Assembly: GCF_938030685.1 (NCBI RefSeq)
Contig: NZ_CALHHX010000168.1
Span: 4,752-68,751 of the forward strand
DNA length: 64,000 nt
Reading direction: 5' to 3'
Origin: an uncultured Campylobacter sp.
Lineage (GTDB): Bacteria; Campylobacterota; Campylobacteria; Campylobacterales; Campylobacteraceae
Positions 10,002 to 19,414 of the stretch are shown here, piece by piece (the first letter of the stretch is position 1; the number at the start of each line of letters is the position of its first letter). Under the pieces are notes generated by a model, which had not been told where the DNA came from, searched no databases, and worked only from the letters and a program-made list of their open reading frames with translations. The position numbers and the translations under genes are program-made.

Positions 10002-10208
10002 AGCATTCCCCATCCCCCCTGTTTCGGTCGCAATCTCTTTGCTCCTGATCATACTGCAAATTTTAAAGCCTTAATATGAAGAAAAAAGATCAAAAATCAA
10101 AGCGTCGCTTTTACAGCCATCCTTAGCCATCTTTTTCTATTTTGCCTTTGCTTTTGGGCTAATTTAATCCGAGCCCTCTTGTTCTTGTGTGAAATGGACG
10201 ATGCGCGA

Positions 10209-10910
10209 TTATTCGTCATCCTGAGCCTTTTCGGTGAAGCTAACGATGCGCGGAGCTGCGATGCGCGCGTAATCCCGCGCGTTTAAAATGATCGAGTGAT
10301 CGAGCAAGCCCGCGTTGAAAGCGATCTCATCAAAGCGTCCGAACAGCGACGGATCGGCGATTAGCAGCAGTTTGTCGTGGAAGCTAAAGGGTGGCACCGA
10401 GCCGATGACGCAGTCCGTGAGATCGCCCACTTCATCAGGGCTTACGAGCGATGCTTTCGTGCCGCCGAGCCCCTCTGCCAAGCGCTTTAAATCGGTTTTA
10501 TGATCGGCTGCGAAGACCGCTAGGACGTAAATTCTGCCGTTTCTGCCCGCGGGTTTGTCGCTAGGAAGCTTCAGCTGCTGCGGCACGTTTGCGCAAATTT
10601 GATCGGCGGTTAAAGTTAAATTTCCCGCGCAGGCGCCGTTTTCGCAGCCTTGAGCGCTCGCAAAGCTGGAAGCATTGGAGTTTTGCGCGTCATCGGCGCT
10701 TACTAAATTTAAATTTTGCGAAAAAGAAATTTGCCCATCCTTAAAGCCCTTGATCGTGCAAACCAGCGCCTTTGCGCCCTGTCCTAGCTGCGTGCCGCGG
10801 ATTTTGGCGACTTCGGCGGATGTGCCCGCGCTTTCGTGAGCTACGACGCGGAAGCGCGCCCCCTGCCGCGTCAAAAGCTCTTTTAGGTTTTCAAAAATTC
10901 TCTCTGACAT
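10209..10910 (-). CDS. yeaK: YbaK/ProX-family aminoacyl-tRNA deacylase (YeaK/ProXp-y-like) with a ~68-aa internal insertion
   Basis: QGAKALVC...VLAVFAAD...ASLVSPDEV..LTDCVIGSVPPFSFH...FDEIAFNAGLLDHSIIL matches E. coli YeaK as recalled. Confidence 0.88.
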   Translation of the reverse strand: MSERIFENLKELLTRQGARFRVVAHESAGTSAEVAKIRGTQLGQGAKALVCTIKGFKDGQISFSQNLNLVSADDAQNSNASSFASAQGCENGACAGNLTLTADQICANVPQQLKLPSDKPAGRNGRIYVLAVFAADHKTDLKRLAEGLGGTKASLVSPDEVGDLTDCVIGSVPPFSFHDKLLLIADPSLFGRFDEIAFNAGLLDHSIILNARDYARIAAPRIVSFTEKAQDDE

Positions 10911-11434
10911 GCTCTCTCCTTGTTTTTGCAAAATTATACTAAAATTTTAACCAAACGACGCATCGGCGCCAAATTTTGCAGCCTTGCCACTTTTGTTGGC
11001 GCAATAGCTTGCGCCGCCACGCGAGCTTTGTATGTCGCGCATTTTACGGCTAAATTTTTAAAATTTAAAAGGCGCGCAAGCTGGAGAGCGCTAGATTTCG
11101 GCGCGCAGGCGAGAAAAAGGAGGGATGCTAAATTTTACGGCTGCAATCTACGCAAAAGCGCGATTAGGTCCCGCCGCGCATAAAATTTACGCAAAGCCCG
11201 CGGTAAAATTTCGCGGTTAAAATTTGTGCAAAGGCGCAGCATAGTTTTTAAAAAGGGCGGTTAAATTTTCTACGCGCAGTTCAGCTCTTGCGAGCGATTT
11301 GACTTTTGTGAGCAGTTTGGCTTTTGCAAGTAGTTCGGCTAGTCGGCTCGTTTGCAAACGGCTAGGCTTTCCTTGCGGCGCGGACATCTATAGGCGGGGC
11401 TTAAAAGCAGATCGCGTATCTCTTTTGCAGGCGG

Positions 11435-11944
11435 TTAGGCTTTTCTGCGTGCACGCACCCGTGCGACGACCTGCCAAAGCCCTGTATCATTTCGCAGCTC
11501 CTTCCGCCACGAAAACGACGCCTCGCTCATCTATGAAAAGACGTAGCGCATCGCCCCCTCGCCGTTTTGCACGAGCACAATCTCCTCCGCTTCTTTGTGC
11601 GCGGTTAGGCGCAGCGCCGTGCCGACGCAGCCGTAAAAAATATCCCACGTCCCGCTTGCGGGCTCATAAATCCTTATCGTCGTGCCGTATTCGGCGTCCG
11701 GTTGCGGATTTGCGAGCCGCTGCGCGCGCGAGGGCACGATAAATACGTCCTGTACCGCGGATCCGTCCAAAACCCGCGCGAAGAGCCACTCACCTCTGAC
11801 TTCACGCGGCGTGCCGCTCTGCAGGCCGTCCGTCCACCATATGTCCCAATCGCCGATGAGCGGTGCGAAAAAATCGTGCTCGCTCGGTATCTTTGCGCTC
11901 CGTGCGTCGCTGCACAGAGCCTTTGCAAATCCGCTTTTTTGCAT
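11435..11944 (-). pseudogene. Conserved beta-barrel-type hypothetical protein interrupted by an in-frame TAG at 11531-11533
   Basis: The frame continues past the TAG as MSEASFSWRKELRNDTGLWQVVARVRARRKA to TAA at 11435-11437, matching the expected family C-terminus. Confidence 0.65.
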
Positions 11945-11961
11945 TAACGCTCCTTGCGAAA

Positions 11962-12387
11962 TTATTTCATCTTGCGGATTTTAGGCTCTTTGCTCTCTAC
12001 GAGTTCGTAAATTTTAAGCTCGACCTTAACGTCTTTGGGCGCTAAAATTCTAATTTCGCCGCCGTCGTAGGCGAATGGATGCGTGAGCTCGTAATAGATC
12101 CGCTTCTTTTGCTTCTTGCCGTCGCATAGCATCAGCGTTTGAGCAAGCTCATTGCCGCCGCTAAACTCATAATAAAGCCCGTCCGAGCCCTCTTTTGGCT
12201 CTATTTTGCCGCCGATCAGATACGCGTCGTTGCAGTCGGCTTTGATCTCTTTCGAAAAGATCGCTTCGACTTTAAACTGCTGCGGCGGCATCTTTGACGG
12301 CGTTAGCTGAAAGACGTTTAGCTGCTTTTGCGCCTCGCCGCCGAACAAAAACAGCGGCAATAGGAAAAATAAAACGCTTTTTCTCAT
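11962..12387 (-). CDS. eco: Ecotin, periplasmic serine-protease inhibitor
   Basis: Signal peptide; KVE..FSKEIKADCN...GG.IE...YYEF...QTLMLC (ecotin DCN and reactive-loop T-x-M-x-C). Confidence 0.85.
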   Translation of the reverse strand: MRKSVLFFLLPLFLFGGEAQKQLNVFQLTPSKMPPQQFKVEAIFSKEIKADCNDAYLIGGKIEPKEGSDGLYYEFSGGNELAQTLMLCDGKKQKKRIYYELTHPFAYDGGEIRILAPKDVKVELKIYELVESKEPKIRKMK

Positions 12388-12455
12388 TTTTTACTCCTTG
12401 AAAAGATATTTTTATTTAAAATTTTAGCAAAATTTTTACTCATTAAACTGAAATT

Positions 12456-13187
12456 TCAATCAACTTCGTTTTTGCCTACAATACAGATGATGTTTTTTAG
12501 CGCTTCCGTCTCTGATTTTAACGCCTCGCTATCGGTTTTTTGCGCAGCGCTATTTTTGTTCGCTAAATTTTTGCTAGAGCCTTGCGGCGAGGGTTTTTCC
12601 CGCGAGTTTAAAGCCTTGACGGCGTCGCGCGATATTTCGCCCTGCGTCTGCACGGTGGAAATTTCGCCGCTAGCCCCGCCAGCCTTGCTCGTGCGGCGGC
12701 TTAGCACGCTTTTGACGCTTATCTTTTCGCCTGCGTAAAACGCTTCGCAAAGCCCGCCTTGCGCCTCATAGTCCGTCACTTTGACGCTGCCCTCTTGAAA
12801 TTTATAAAATTTCGCCCGTTTCGCTCCTCGTAGCTCCCTGACTCCGCCCCATACGTCGCTCTGCGCGTCGAGATCTGCGAGCGCGAATGCGCCGTCTGCC
12901 GCCTTATACATATTGCCGAGCCTTATCGGTATGCGTTCGCCGCTCTTTTTGGTAAGCACGAAGCCGATCTTTTCGCCATCTTTTGGGCTCTGGCGGAACT
13001 GCCCCGAGAAAAACGCCGTGAAAAACGCGACCTCTTTGATCTCGCCGTCGGTGCCTAGGTACCTCGTCCAGCCATCTTCGGGCACATCGATCTCGGCGAC
13101 GTCTCGTCCGTCCTTTGCGCCGCATTTTAAGCCCGCGCAGCCGCTAAGCGCTAATGCCGCAAGCGCGGCCAGAAATAGGTTTTTCAT
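12456..13187 (-). CDS. Putative lipoprotein
   Basis: Lipobox LSGC, GAAGGG RBS. Confidence 0.75.
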   Translation of the reverse strand: MKNLFLAALAALALSGCAGLKCGAKDGRDVAEIDVPEDGWTRYLGTDGEIKEVAFFTAFFSGQFRQSPKDGEKIGFVLTKKSGERIPIRLGNMYKAADGAFALADLDAQSDVWGGVRELRGAKRAKFYKFQEGSVKVTDYEAQGGLCEAFYAGEKISVKSVLSRRTSKAGGASGEISTVQTQGEISRDAVKALNSREKPSPQGSSKNLANKNSAAQKTDSEALKSETEALKNIICIVGKNEVD

Positions 13188-13240
13188 ATTTTCCCTTCAA
13201 ATAAATTTGTCTCAAAGCAGGGCGGTAAATTCGTAGGGCA

Positions 13241-13597
13241 TTATTTTAGACTTGCAGGATAGCCGCTAAATTTTTCGATCCAGCCGTCCTCGCCGTAGAG
13301 CTCGCCGCAAAGCCCGTCCGAGAGCTCGGCTAGATTTTCGCCCGCCTCGTCCGCAAGCCGCCAGCGCTCGCTTTGCTCGAAAAAGCTTAGCGTCTCATGC
13401 AGGACGTGATCGGTAAGATGCGCGCAAAGCGTCCTTAGCGCCTCCCTCTGCTGCGGCGAAAAGTCCGCTATCGATGCATATAGTCGCTCGCACCGCGCGC
13501 CTTTCATCCGCCCGCTCATGACCGCATCCAACCACGCCAGCGACCCGTCCCTGAGCTGCCGCACATATTCCCGCCCGAAACTCTGCAAAACATCCAT
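13241..13597 (-). CDS. Hypothetical protein resembling polymorphic-toxin immunity proteins
   Basis: AAGGAG RBS; C-terminal SDGLCGELYGEDGWIEKFS motif recalled from small genes found next to toxin genes. Confidence 0.7.
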   Translation of the reverse strand: MDVLQSFGREYVRQLRDGSLAWLDAVMSGRMKGARCERLYASIADFSPQQREALRTLCAHLTDHVLHETLSFFEQSERWRLADEAGENLAELSDGLCGELYGEDGWIEKFSGYPASLK

Positions 13598-13967
13598 TTT
13601 TCACTCCTTGCGTTTAAATTTTAAAATTTTTGGCGCCTCGCCTAAATTTAGATCGAAATTTACTTCCTAAGCCCGTTTAAGCTTTTTGCGTCCTAAATAC
13701 GGCGCGCCGCATTTCACCTTTTATAAAATTCTACCTAACTAGCGCCGTTTTTTATCGTTTGCGCTGCTATTTTATCGCGCCGCAAAATTCGCGCTGCACC
13801 TCAAAGCCCAGCGTCGTTTAAATTTTAAAATCCGAAAGCTCACGACCGAAATTTTAAAATTTAAGGCTCGATGAAATACGTTTCGGCGCGATGGTATGCG
13901 CCGCTTGAAACTTTAAATTTTAAAAACTCGCACTTCGCCTCAAAGCCCGCTAGCGGGGCTAAATTTA

Positions 13968-14315
13968 TCAAGCCGACGTTGCCCAGACGCGTAAAAATCG
14001 CCGTCCGCTCGCCTCAAACGAGCACTCCTGCCAGTCCCAGTCGTTCTCGCCACCCATTGCAAAATTTTGAGGCTCGCCTGATAGGCCGGCCGCGCTCAAA
14101 GCAGCCGCTATACGCTCTTTCATAAAATCATCGGGCTCGCAGGGCGTAAATTTTTCAAATTTTATCTCGTAAAGGGAAGCGAGCCTAAAGTCCGCACGCA
14201 CGAGCTTGCCGCACTGCTGCGCGAACTCCGCCGCGCTGCATTCGTGCTTTGGGGCGTAGTACCAAACCTCCAGCTCCTCGATGCTTTCGCCCTTAAATTT
14301 TATGGATTTTATCAT
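13968..14315 (-). CDS. Hypothetical protein
   Basis: 115-aa ORF co-oriented with neighbours, GGGG upstream, host-like codon usage. Confidence 0.6.
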   Translation of the reverse strand: MIKSIKFKGESIEELEVWYYAPKHECSAAEFAQQCGKLVRADFRLASLYEIKFEKFTPCEPDDFMKERIAAALSAAGLSGEPQNFAMGGENDWDWQECSFEASGRRFLRVWATSA

Positions 14316-14473
14316 TTTGACCCCATTTCGATCGTCGCGGCGATTTTAAATTTCATTGCTTAATTTCACTTGCCCCATACGGCGCAGGTTTTGCACGCAA
14401 GATCAAACTCTCGCTATTCGGCGCAAGCGCGCTGCGCAGACAAATTTTAAATTTAATCCGCCGCGCTTTAAAT

Positions 14474-15025
14474 TCAGACGCCGAAGTCCGTCCGCATCCC
14501 CTCTTTGCCTTTCGGCGTAAAATAGCAAACGATGTAGCAGAGCATTCGGTCTTTGCAGTCGTATTTGGCTTCGAGAGCCTCGATAATGCGCGCAAATTCC
14601 TGCGGCGGCTTGTCCGCAAAGGCGCCTCGCAGCTCCTCTGCGGCGATATGTTTTGGGCTAAGGAGCAGATACGCTGCGCCGCCGTCCTCATCCTCGCTGA
14701 TGGCGCGTAAAATTTCACCGCTCGCGCGAACCCGCCAATGTTCCTTGCCGTCCCACTCGCGCAGGCTCAAAAACGCTGTGCCGCCGTCAGCGTCCAAAGC
14801 CTTCTCGTTTAAAATTTGAGCGCGTAAAGCGCCTTCATTTAAGTTCTCCTCGCTCGCGACCTCGATAAAAACGTCCGTGCCGAGCAGATAGCTGGTTCGC
14901 TCAAACTCGCTTTCGTACTCCCGGCCGTCAAATTTAGCGGCAAATTCGCGCACCCGCTCGTCCGCTTCGCAGCCGAACATCATCGCGTCGCTATCTGAAA
15001 TTTTAACGATATAAGGCTCGTTCAT
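14474..15025 (-). CDS. Hypothetical acidic protein
   Basis: ~183-aa ORF immediately after 15041..16462, GGA upstream of ATG. Confidence 0.65.
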   Translation of the reverse strand: MNEPYIVKISDSDAMMFGCEADERVREFAAKFDGREYESEFERTSYLLGTDVFIEVASEENLNEGALRAQILNEKALDADGGTAFLSLREWDGKEHWRVRASGEILRAISEDEDGGAAYLLLSPKHIAAEELRGAFADKPPQEFARIIEALEAKYDCKDRMLCYIVCYFTPKGKEGMRTDFGV

Positions 15026-15040
15026 AGGATTTTCCAAATT

Positions 15041-16462
15041 TTATTGCAGCTCGCATTTTCCGTAAACCCACTCGCGAGTTTCGTTTAGCTTAAACTCGCC
15101 GTCTTTTAGAAAATACTGCTTGCTGCTTTTGATCGCGTTTTCGCCCGTGGCTATGTAGTCGCCGATGAAGCCGCGATCCAGGACGTCCTGCGCTAAAATG
15201 CTCCGCTCAAAGACGTTTTGCGTCCTTTGCGTCTCGCGCCATTTGCCGCTCTCATCAGGCTCGCGCAGGGTGATCGAGATGTTATTGCCCGCCTCGTCGT
15301 AGTCGTAGATATACTCGTACTGCTTGCCGTCGGAGGCCCCGCGATTTTTTATCACATTGCCGCGCGCGTCGTAGCTAAACTCGTTTTCAAACACGACCTC
15401 CCATCGCTGCGATTCCTCGCACCAAAGCGCGGTTTGCTCGCGTAGCGGTCTGCGTTCCTCGGTCTCCTCGTGCACGTTTTTGTAGTACTCCCTCCACTCG
15501 TTTTTTGCGGCGTCCCAGCGCGATCTTAGCTCGCTAAAGCGCCTATACTTGGGCTCGATCTTGCGCAAGATCTTTTCATCGCGCTGCCATGTGTCGTCCT
15601 TCCATATAAAATTTATCTCGCTGCGCGTCCCGTCCGCGGCCGTAAAGACCGTGTGTTTTGTAAGCGGTACCCATTTACCGCGCCACGCGTAGCCTTCGGA
15701 GCCCGCGTAAGCGTCGCCGTTGTAGTGATATATCGATTTTTCGTACGGCACCCATTTTTTCGCTTTGGCGTTCCATTCATAGGTCGCTACGAAATTATTT
15801 CTGTCGTTTTCATCGACAATCCTTTTTGTAAGGTGCGTCGGCGTCCATCTGCCCTTTTTTAGCGTGAAATTTTGCAAAATTTCCGTTTTGCCCTCGCGCT
15901 TTTCGACGGCTTCTTCTCCGTCGTACGGCTTACCGTCCTTGCTTTGCAGGCTGAAATAAATTTTTGAGCCGTCCTTTGCGATCTCGTGCTTGCTCATCGC
16001 CGTTTCGCGAAATTTGTTTGTATTCGCGTCCCAGTCGTATTCGATATTTTCGATCTCGCGCTCGCCGCTTTCGTCAAATTTGCTAAAGCTTTTCGATACG
16101 GATGCCCCCTCTTCGCCGCTCTTTTTGTAGATTTTTTCTAGGCGGCGGGTTTTGGCGTCGTAGTTTTGGCTCACTTCATATTCGTAGCGCGGCACGGCGC
16201 CGCCCTCTGTTTTATAGCTCGTCTTTTGCAGACAAATTTTATCCGCCGCCGCGTGTTTTGCCGCCGCACCCGCCTCAGTCGCGCCCGCAGGCATCGCGAG
16301 AACTAATGTCGCCGCTAAAATTGCCGCCCGCGCTCGAAGCTTGTCTGCCGAAACCGCCGTCTGCGCCCTAAAAGCGCCCGCCGAAACAATCGCTCGCGCC
16401 TTTAAATTTAGCGCCGCAAAATCTGCCGCATCCTCGGGCGAAATTTTAAAAATACCTCTCAT
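15041..16462 (-). CDS. Exported Trp/Tyr-rich beta-repeat protein (DUF3836-like)
   Basis: Repeated YxW(D/N)xxxxxW and Y(S/D)YDxxGN units; hydrophobic leader preceded by an Ala-rich extension. Confidence 0.75.
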   Translation of the reverse strand: MRGIFKISPEDAADFAALNLKARAIVSAGAFRAQTAVSADKLRARAAILAATLVLAMPAGATEAGAAAKHAAADKICLQKTSYKTEGGAVPRYEYEVSQNYDAKTRRLEKIYKKSGEEGASVSKSFSKFDESGEREIENIEYDWDANTNKFRETAMSKHEIAKDGSKIYFSLQSKDGKPYDGEEAVEKREGKTEILQNFTLKKGRWTPTHLTKRIVDENDRNNFVATYEWNAKAKKWVPYEKSIYHYNGDAYAGSEGYAWRGKWVPLTKHTVFTAADGTRSEINFIWKDDTWQRDEKILRKIEPKYRRFSELRSRWDAAKNEWREYYKNVHEETEERRPLREQTALWCEESQRWEVVFENEFSYDARGNVIKNRGASDGKQYEYIYDYDEAGNNISITLREPDESGKWRETQRTQNVFERSILAQDVLDRGFIGDYIATGENAIKSSKQYFLKDGEFKLNETREWVYGKCELQ

Positions 16463-16649
16463 GACCGATCCTTTTATTATCTAAATTTTAATCCATGCTA
16501 CGTCCGCTAAATTTAAACGCAAAGCTCGCGCAACACCGCGTCCGTAAAATTTAAACGCGACGCCGCACCTGCTAAATCTAACCGCGCAGCACTCGTAGAT
16601 CGCGCAGGTAAAATTTAGTCGCGAAATTTTACCGACGCATCTTCAAACG

Positions 16650-17885
16650 CTACTTTATCTTTTTATATTTCCACGTCTTTTCCGTTATGAGCTCGGATTT
16701 GCCGTCTTTAAGCTTAAATTCCTTAAAGCTCGTTATCGCGTAGATACTAGGCATCTCAAACATCATCAGCGCGGCGCCGTGCCCCACGCTGTCTGATGGG
16801 ATTTGGGTATCGTAAGTAGCCTCCGAGCGCCCGGTTTGCACCCATTTGCCGCTCGCGTCAAGCTTGTAGGTATCCATCGCCGTATTGCTGCCGCGCTCGT
16901 CGTAGCTATAGACGTATTTGCCGCTACTGGAATTTGATTCGTAGCTTTGCACGAGCGGGCGCTCGCCCGATTTATCGTAAATTTCGCCGTTTGAGTAGCT
17001 TTTGACCCAATCTTTAAGCTGCTCATCCCACAGATAAGAGGTCATATTAAGATCCGCGCCCTTCTTGATAGCGGTCTGTTTGCTCATATTATCCCACGCG
17101 CCCTTCTCGTCATTCCAGATGAAGCTCGTAACGACCTCCTCGCCCTTTGCGGCATCAAGCTCGTGCTTGCTCATCGTCGCGTTTTGCCACGCGCCGCCCT
17201 TAAAGGTGCTGCGGATCTGCTCGTAGCTGCCGTTTCGATCGCCGTTAAGCATCTCTCGCTCGCTGTTTTGCCACGCGCCGTTTACAAACTCGTAGGTTAC
17301 GTATCCATTCATCTCTCCTAGGCCGTCGTAGAAAATTTCAGTCTTATCTTTGGGCTGCCAGCTCTTGCCGTCCCATTTGAAGCTTATCGTAAGCTCCTCC
17401 TTATCCCACGCGTTTTTTACGGATCTGTTCATACTCTCTTTATGCCATTTGCCCTTTGTGAGCTTATATCGCACATCTTCGGTCGCGTTGCCGTCGTAGC
17501 TGGAAACGGTTTTGCTCGCATTGCGCGTGCCGTCATCCGCTATCGAATTGCTCTCGCGCGTCGTGACGTTACCCTTTACGCTTTCCGTGTAGTCTTCTAT
17601 TTTTTTCCACTTGCCGCTTTTAAGATCGAGGCCAAATACTTCAAATTTAACCATTCCTCCCTTTTCGTCAAAGTAGCTGATCTCTTTGTAGCTAGAGCCT
17701 AGGCCGTCCGAGGAGTTCGTATCTCTTACCTGCTCCAGCTTGCGCGCCGCCGCGTCGTAGCTTAGATGCGTGCTTTCTTCGCGCTGTCCGAGTGAGCTGT
17801 AGCTCATACTTTGCACCATATACTCATACTCCTTGGCAAACGCCGCCACACAGAGCAGCGCAAGTATCGTAGCGAGCTTTTTCAT
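16650..17885 (-). CDS. Exported Trp/Tyr-rich beta-repeat protein (DUF3836-like), diverged paralog of 15041..16462
   Basis: Signal peptide; W(D/N)xxxxxW repeats; YVYSYDERGSN and FKLKDGKSELITEKTWKY parallel YIYDYDEAGNN and YFLKDGEFKLNETREWVY. Confidence 0.8.
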   Translation of the reverse strand: MKKLATILALLCVAAFAKEYEYMVQSMSYSSLGQREESTHLSYDAAARKLEQVRDTNSSDGLGSSYKEISYFDEKGGMVKFEVFGLDLKSGKWKKIEDYTESVKGNVTTRESNSIADDGTRNASKTVSSYDGNATEDVRYKLTKGKWHKESMNRSVKNAWDKEELTISFKWDGKSWQPKDKTEIFYDGLGEMNGYVTYEFVNGAWQNSEREMLNGDRNGSYEQIRSTFKGGAWQNATMSKHELDAAKGEEVVTSFIWNDEKGAWDNMSKQTAIKKGADLNMTSYLWDEQLKDWVKSYSNGEIYDKSGERPLVQSYESNSSSGKYVYSYDERGSNTAMDTYKLDASGKWVQTGRSEATYDTQIPSDSVGHGAALMMFEMPSIYAITSFKEFKLKDGKSELITEKTWKYKKIK

Positions 17886-18293
17886 CCTCTCTCCTTGAAA
17901 AAATTTTGATAATTATATAATGTTCGTATATAAAAACGGATAAATTTCGCTGCGCGGCTAAATTTAAAAACTTCGATTTTTAGGCGGTAGCGGTGGAATT
18001 TTACGTCGCCAAACGGCTGGAATTTTAGCAATATTTGATCTGATTTTGTGTTAGTTGTCGATAGAATTTATGCGAAATAGAATTACGTGCGAGCTTCTGC
18101 TAAATTTTAAACAGATCTAGGCTGATTTATATCAAAGCTTCACTGCGTGCCGTTAGCGATAAAATTCTACGTCATAAAATTTTAAATTCACGCGCAGATC
18201 CGCTTGAGGAGATAAAAATGCAATACTAAATTTTTGGCAGCTCAAAATTTCAAATAATGCCGGTTTTTAAAGAGTGCCGCTGGTTAGGCGATA

Positions 18294-19001
18294 CTAATCG
18301 CAGAAGCGCTTATCCGTGTTATTTGCTTTGCGCTTGACTAGGAAGTCCGCCTTTTTAGCGGGGTCTGCGAAAAACTCGTCCTGCCTAAGTAGCGCGGCGT
18401 CCATTTTGTCCTCGGCTGCCTTGAGCGCGGCGGCGCGATCTGCGAAGTGAGATGGAAATTTCTCATCAAATATCGCTTTATACGGGTGCGTCTTGACCCA
18501 GTCCCTGGCGCGTGCCGCCGCATCGCGCTGTTTAGCGAGATCGCAGAATGCGTATGGATTTACCACGTTGCCGACGAGCTGTAAAAACGCCGCGTTCGCG
18601 GACTCGGTCTCACGAAACATCTCGTCCTTGATGTCGATGACGCGAGCGAAGGTTAGGAATCGATTTTTGCCTGCGTAGAACCAAAACACCGCGTCGTCCT
18701 TAAGCCCCAGATCATAAGCGCGCGCTGCGACGGTCATCAGCGTAGTCGGAGCGACCATGTCCGGAGCGTCCTCTATGATTTTGATCGCCTTTTTTAGGCT
18801 CGCCACGTTGTTTTTCATCAGCAGATCGTCGATCGGCTCGTAAACGTGCACGTATTCGGGCTTGCCCTCCTTAGCCGAATAAAACGGCGAGACATAGATG
18901 TCGATCGAAGTGATTTTTTCCACCTTGTCCTCACTCTCGCCTTGGGCGCTCAAAGTCGCAGCCGCCGCCGCACACAGCAGCAGTGAGCGAAATTTTTTCA
19001 T
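18294..19001 (-). CDS. Secreted hypothetical protein (helical/TPR-like)
   Basis: GGAGAGG RBS, signal peptide, AARAYDLGLKDDAVFWFY. Confidence 0.8.
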   Translation of the reverse strand: MKKFRSLLLCAAAAATLSAQGESEDKVEKITSIDIYVSPFYSAKEGKPEYVHVYEPIDDLLMKNNVASLKKAIKIIEDAPDMVAPTTLMTVAARAYDLGLKDDAVFWFYAGKNRFLTFARVIDIKDEMFRETESANAAFLQLVGNVVNPYAFCDLAKQRDAAARARDWVKTHPYKAIFDEKFPSHFADRAAALKAAEDKMDAALLRQDEFFADPAKKADFLVKRKANNTDKRFCD

Positions 19002-19362
19002 AACCTCTCCTTCGGTTAAATTTTGTAAATTTGCTTCGTAATTATACCCTGAAATTTAAGAGCGCGAGCTTGATTTTTAACGAATATATTTTTGCGGAAT
19101 TTTAATTTTTGCGGCGGTTCTATTTTCTTTTGATCAGGCTTTAGCGCGATGCTTGAGCGGCTAAATTTAAGCGCCGTTAGTCGTAAAATTTAGCTCATAA
19201 TTTAGATCGCATGAAATCGTTCAAAGTGCTTACTAAAATTTTAAAATTTCGCCCTTTTAAGCATCGTATGCTAGTCATTTATCGCTGAATGCGGCTATAG
19301 ACTGGCCGTGGCGCGCCGTGCGGTATCGAACAAGAAAATTTGCCAGTCCGCGGTGAGCCATG

Positions 19363-19414
19363 AAATCAAAGGCATAAATGTTCGCGTGCTGGTTCTTGAT
19401 CTGCGCGAAATAAA
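19363..19414. repeat. Left copy of a 52-bp direct repeat bounding the AT-rich islet
   Basis: 45/52 identical to 21312..21363; exact core GTTCTTGATCTGCGCGAAATAAA at 19392..19414. Confidence 0.85.

Noticed and set aside
10920..11984. Plus-strand ORFs 10920..11183, 11299..11742, 11682..11984 and similar
   Set aside because: Arg/Ala/Ser-rich translations of spacer DNA or antisense shadows of real minus-strand genes
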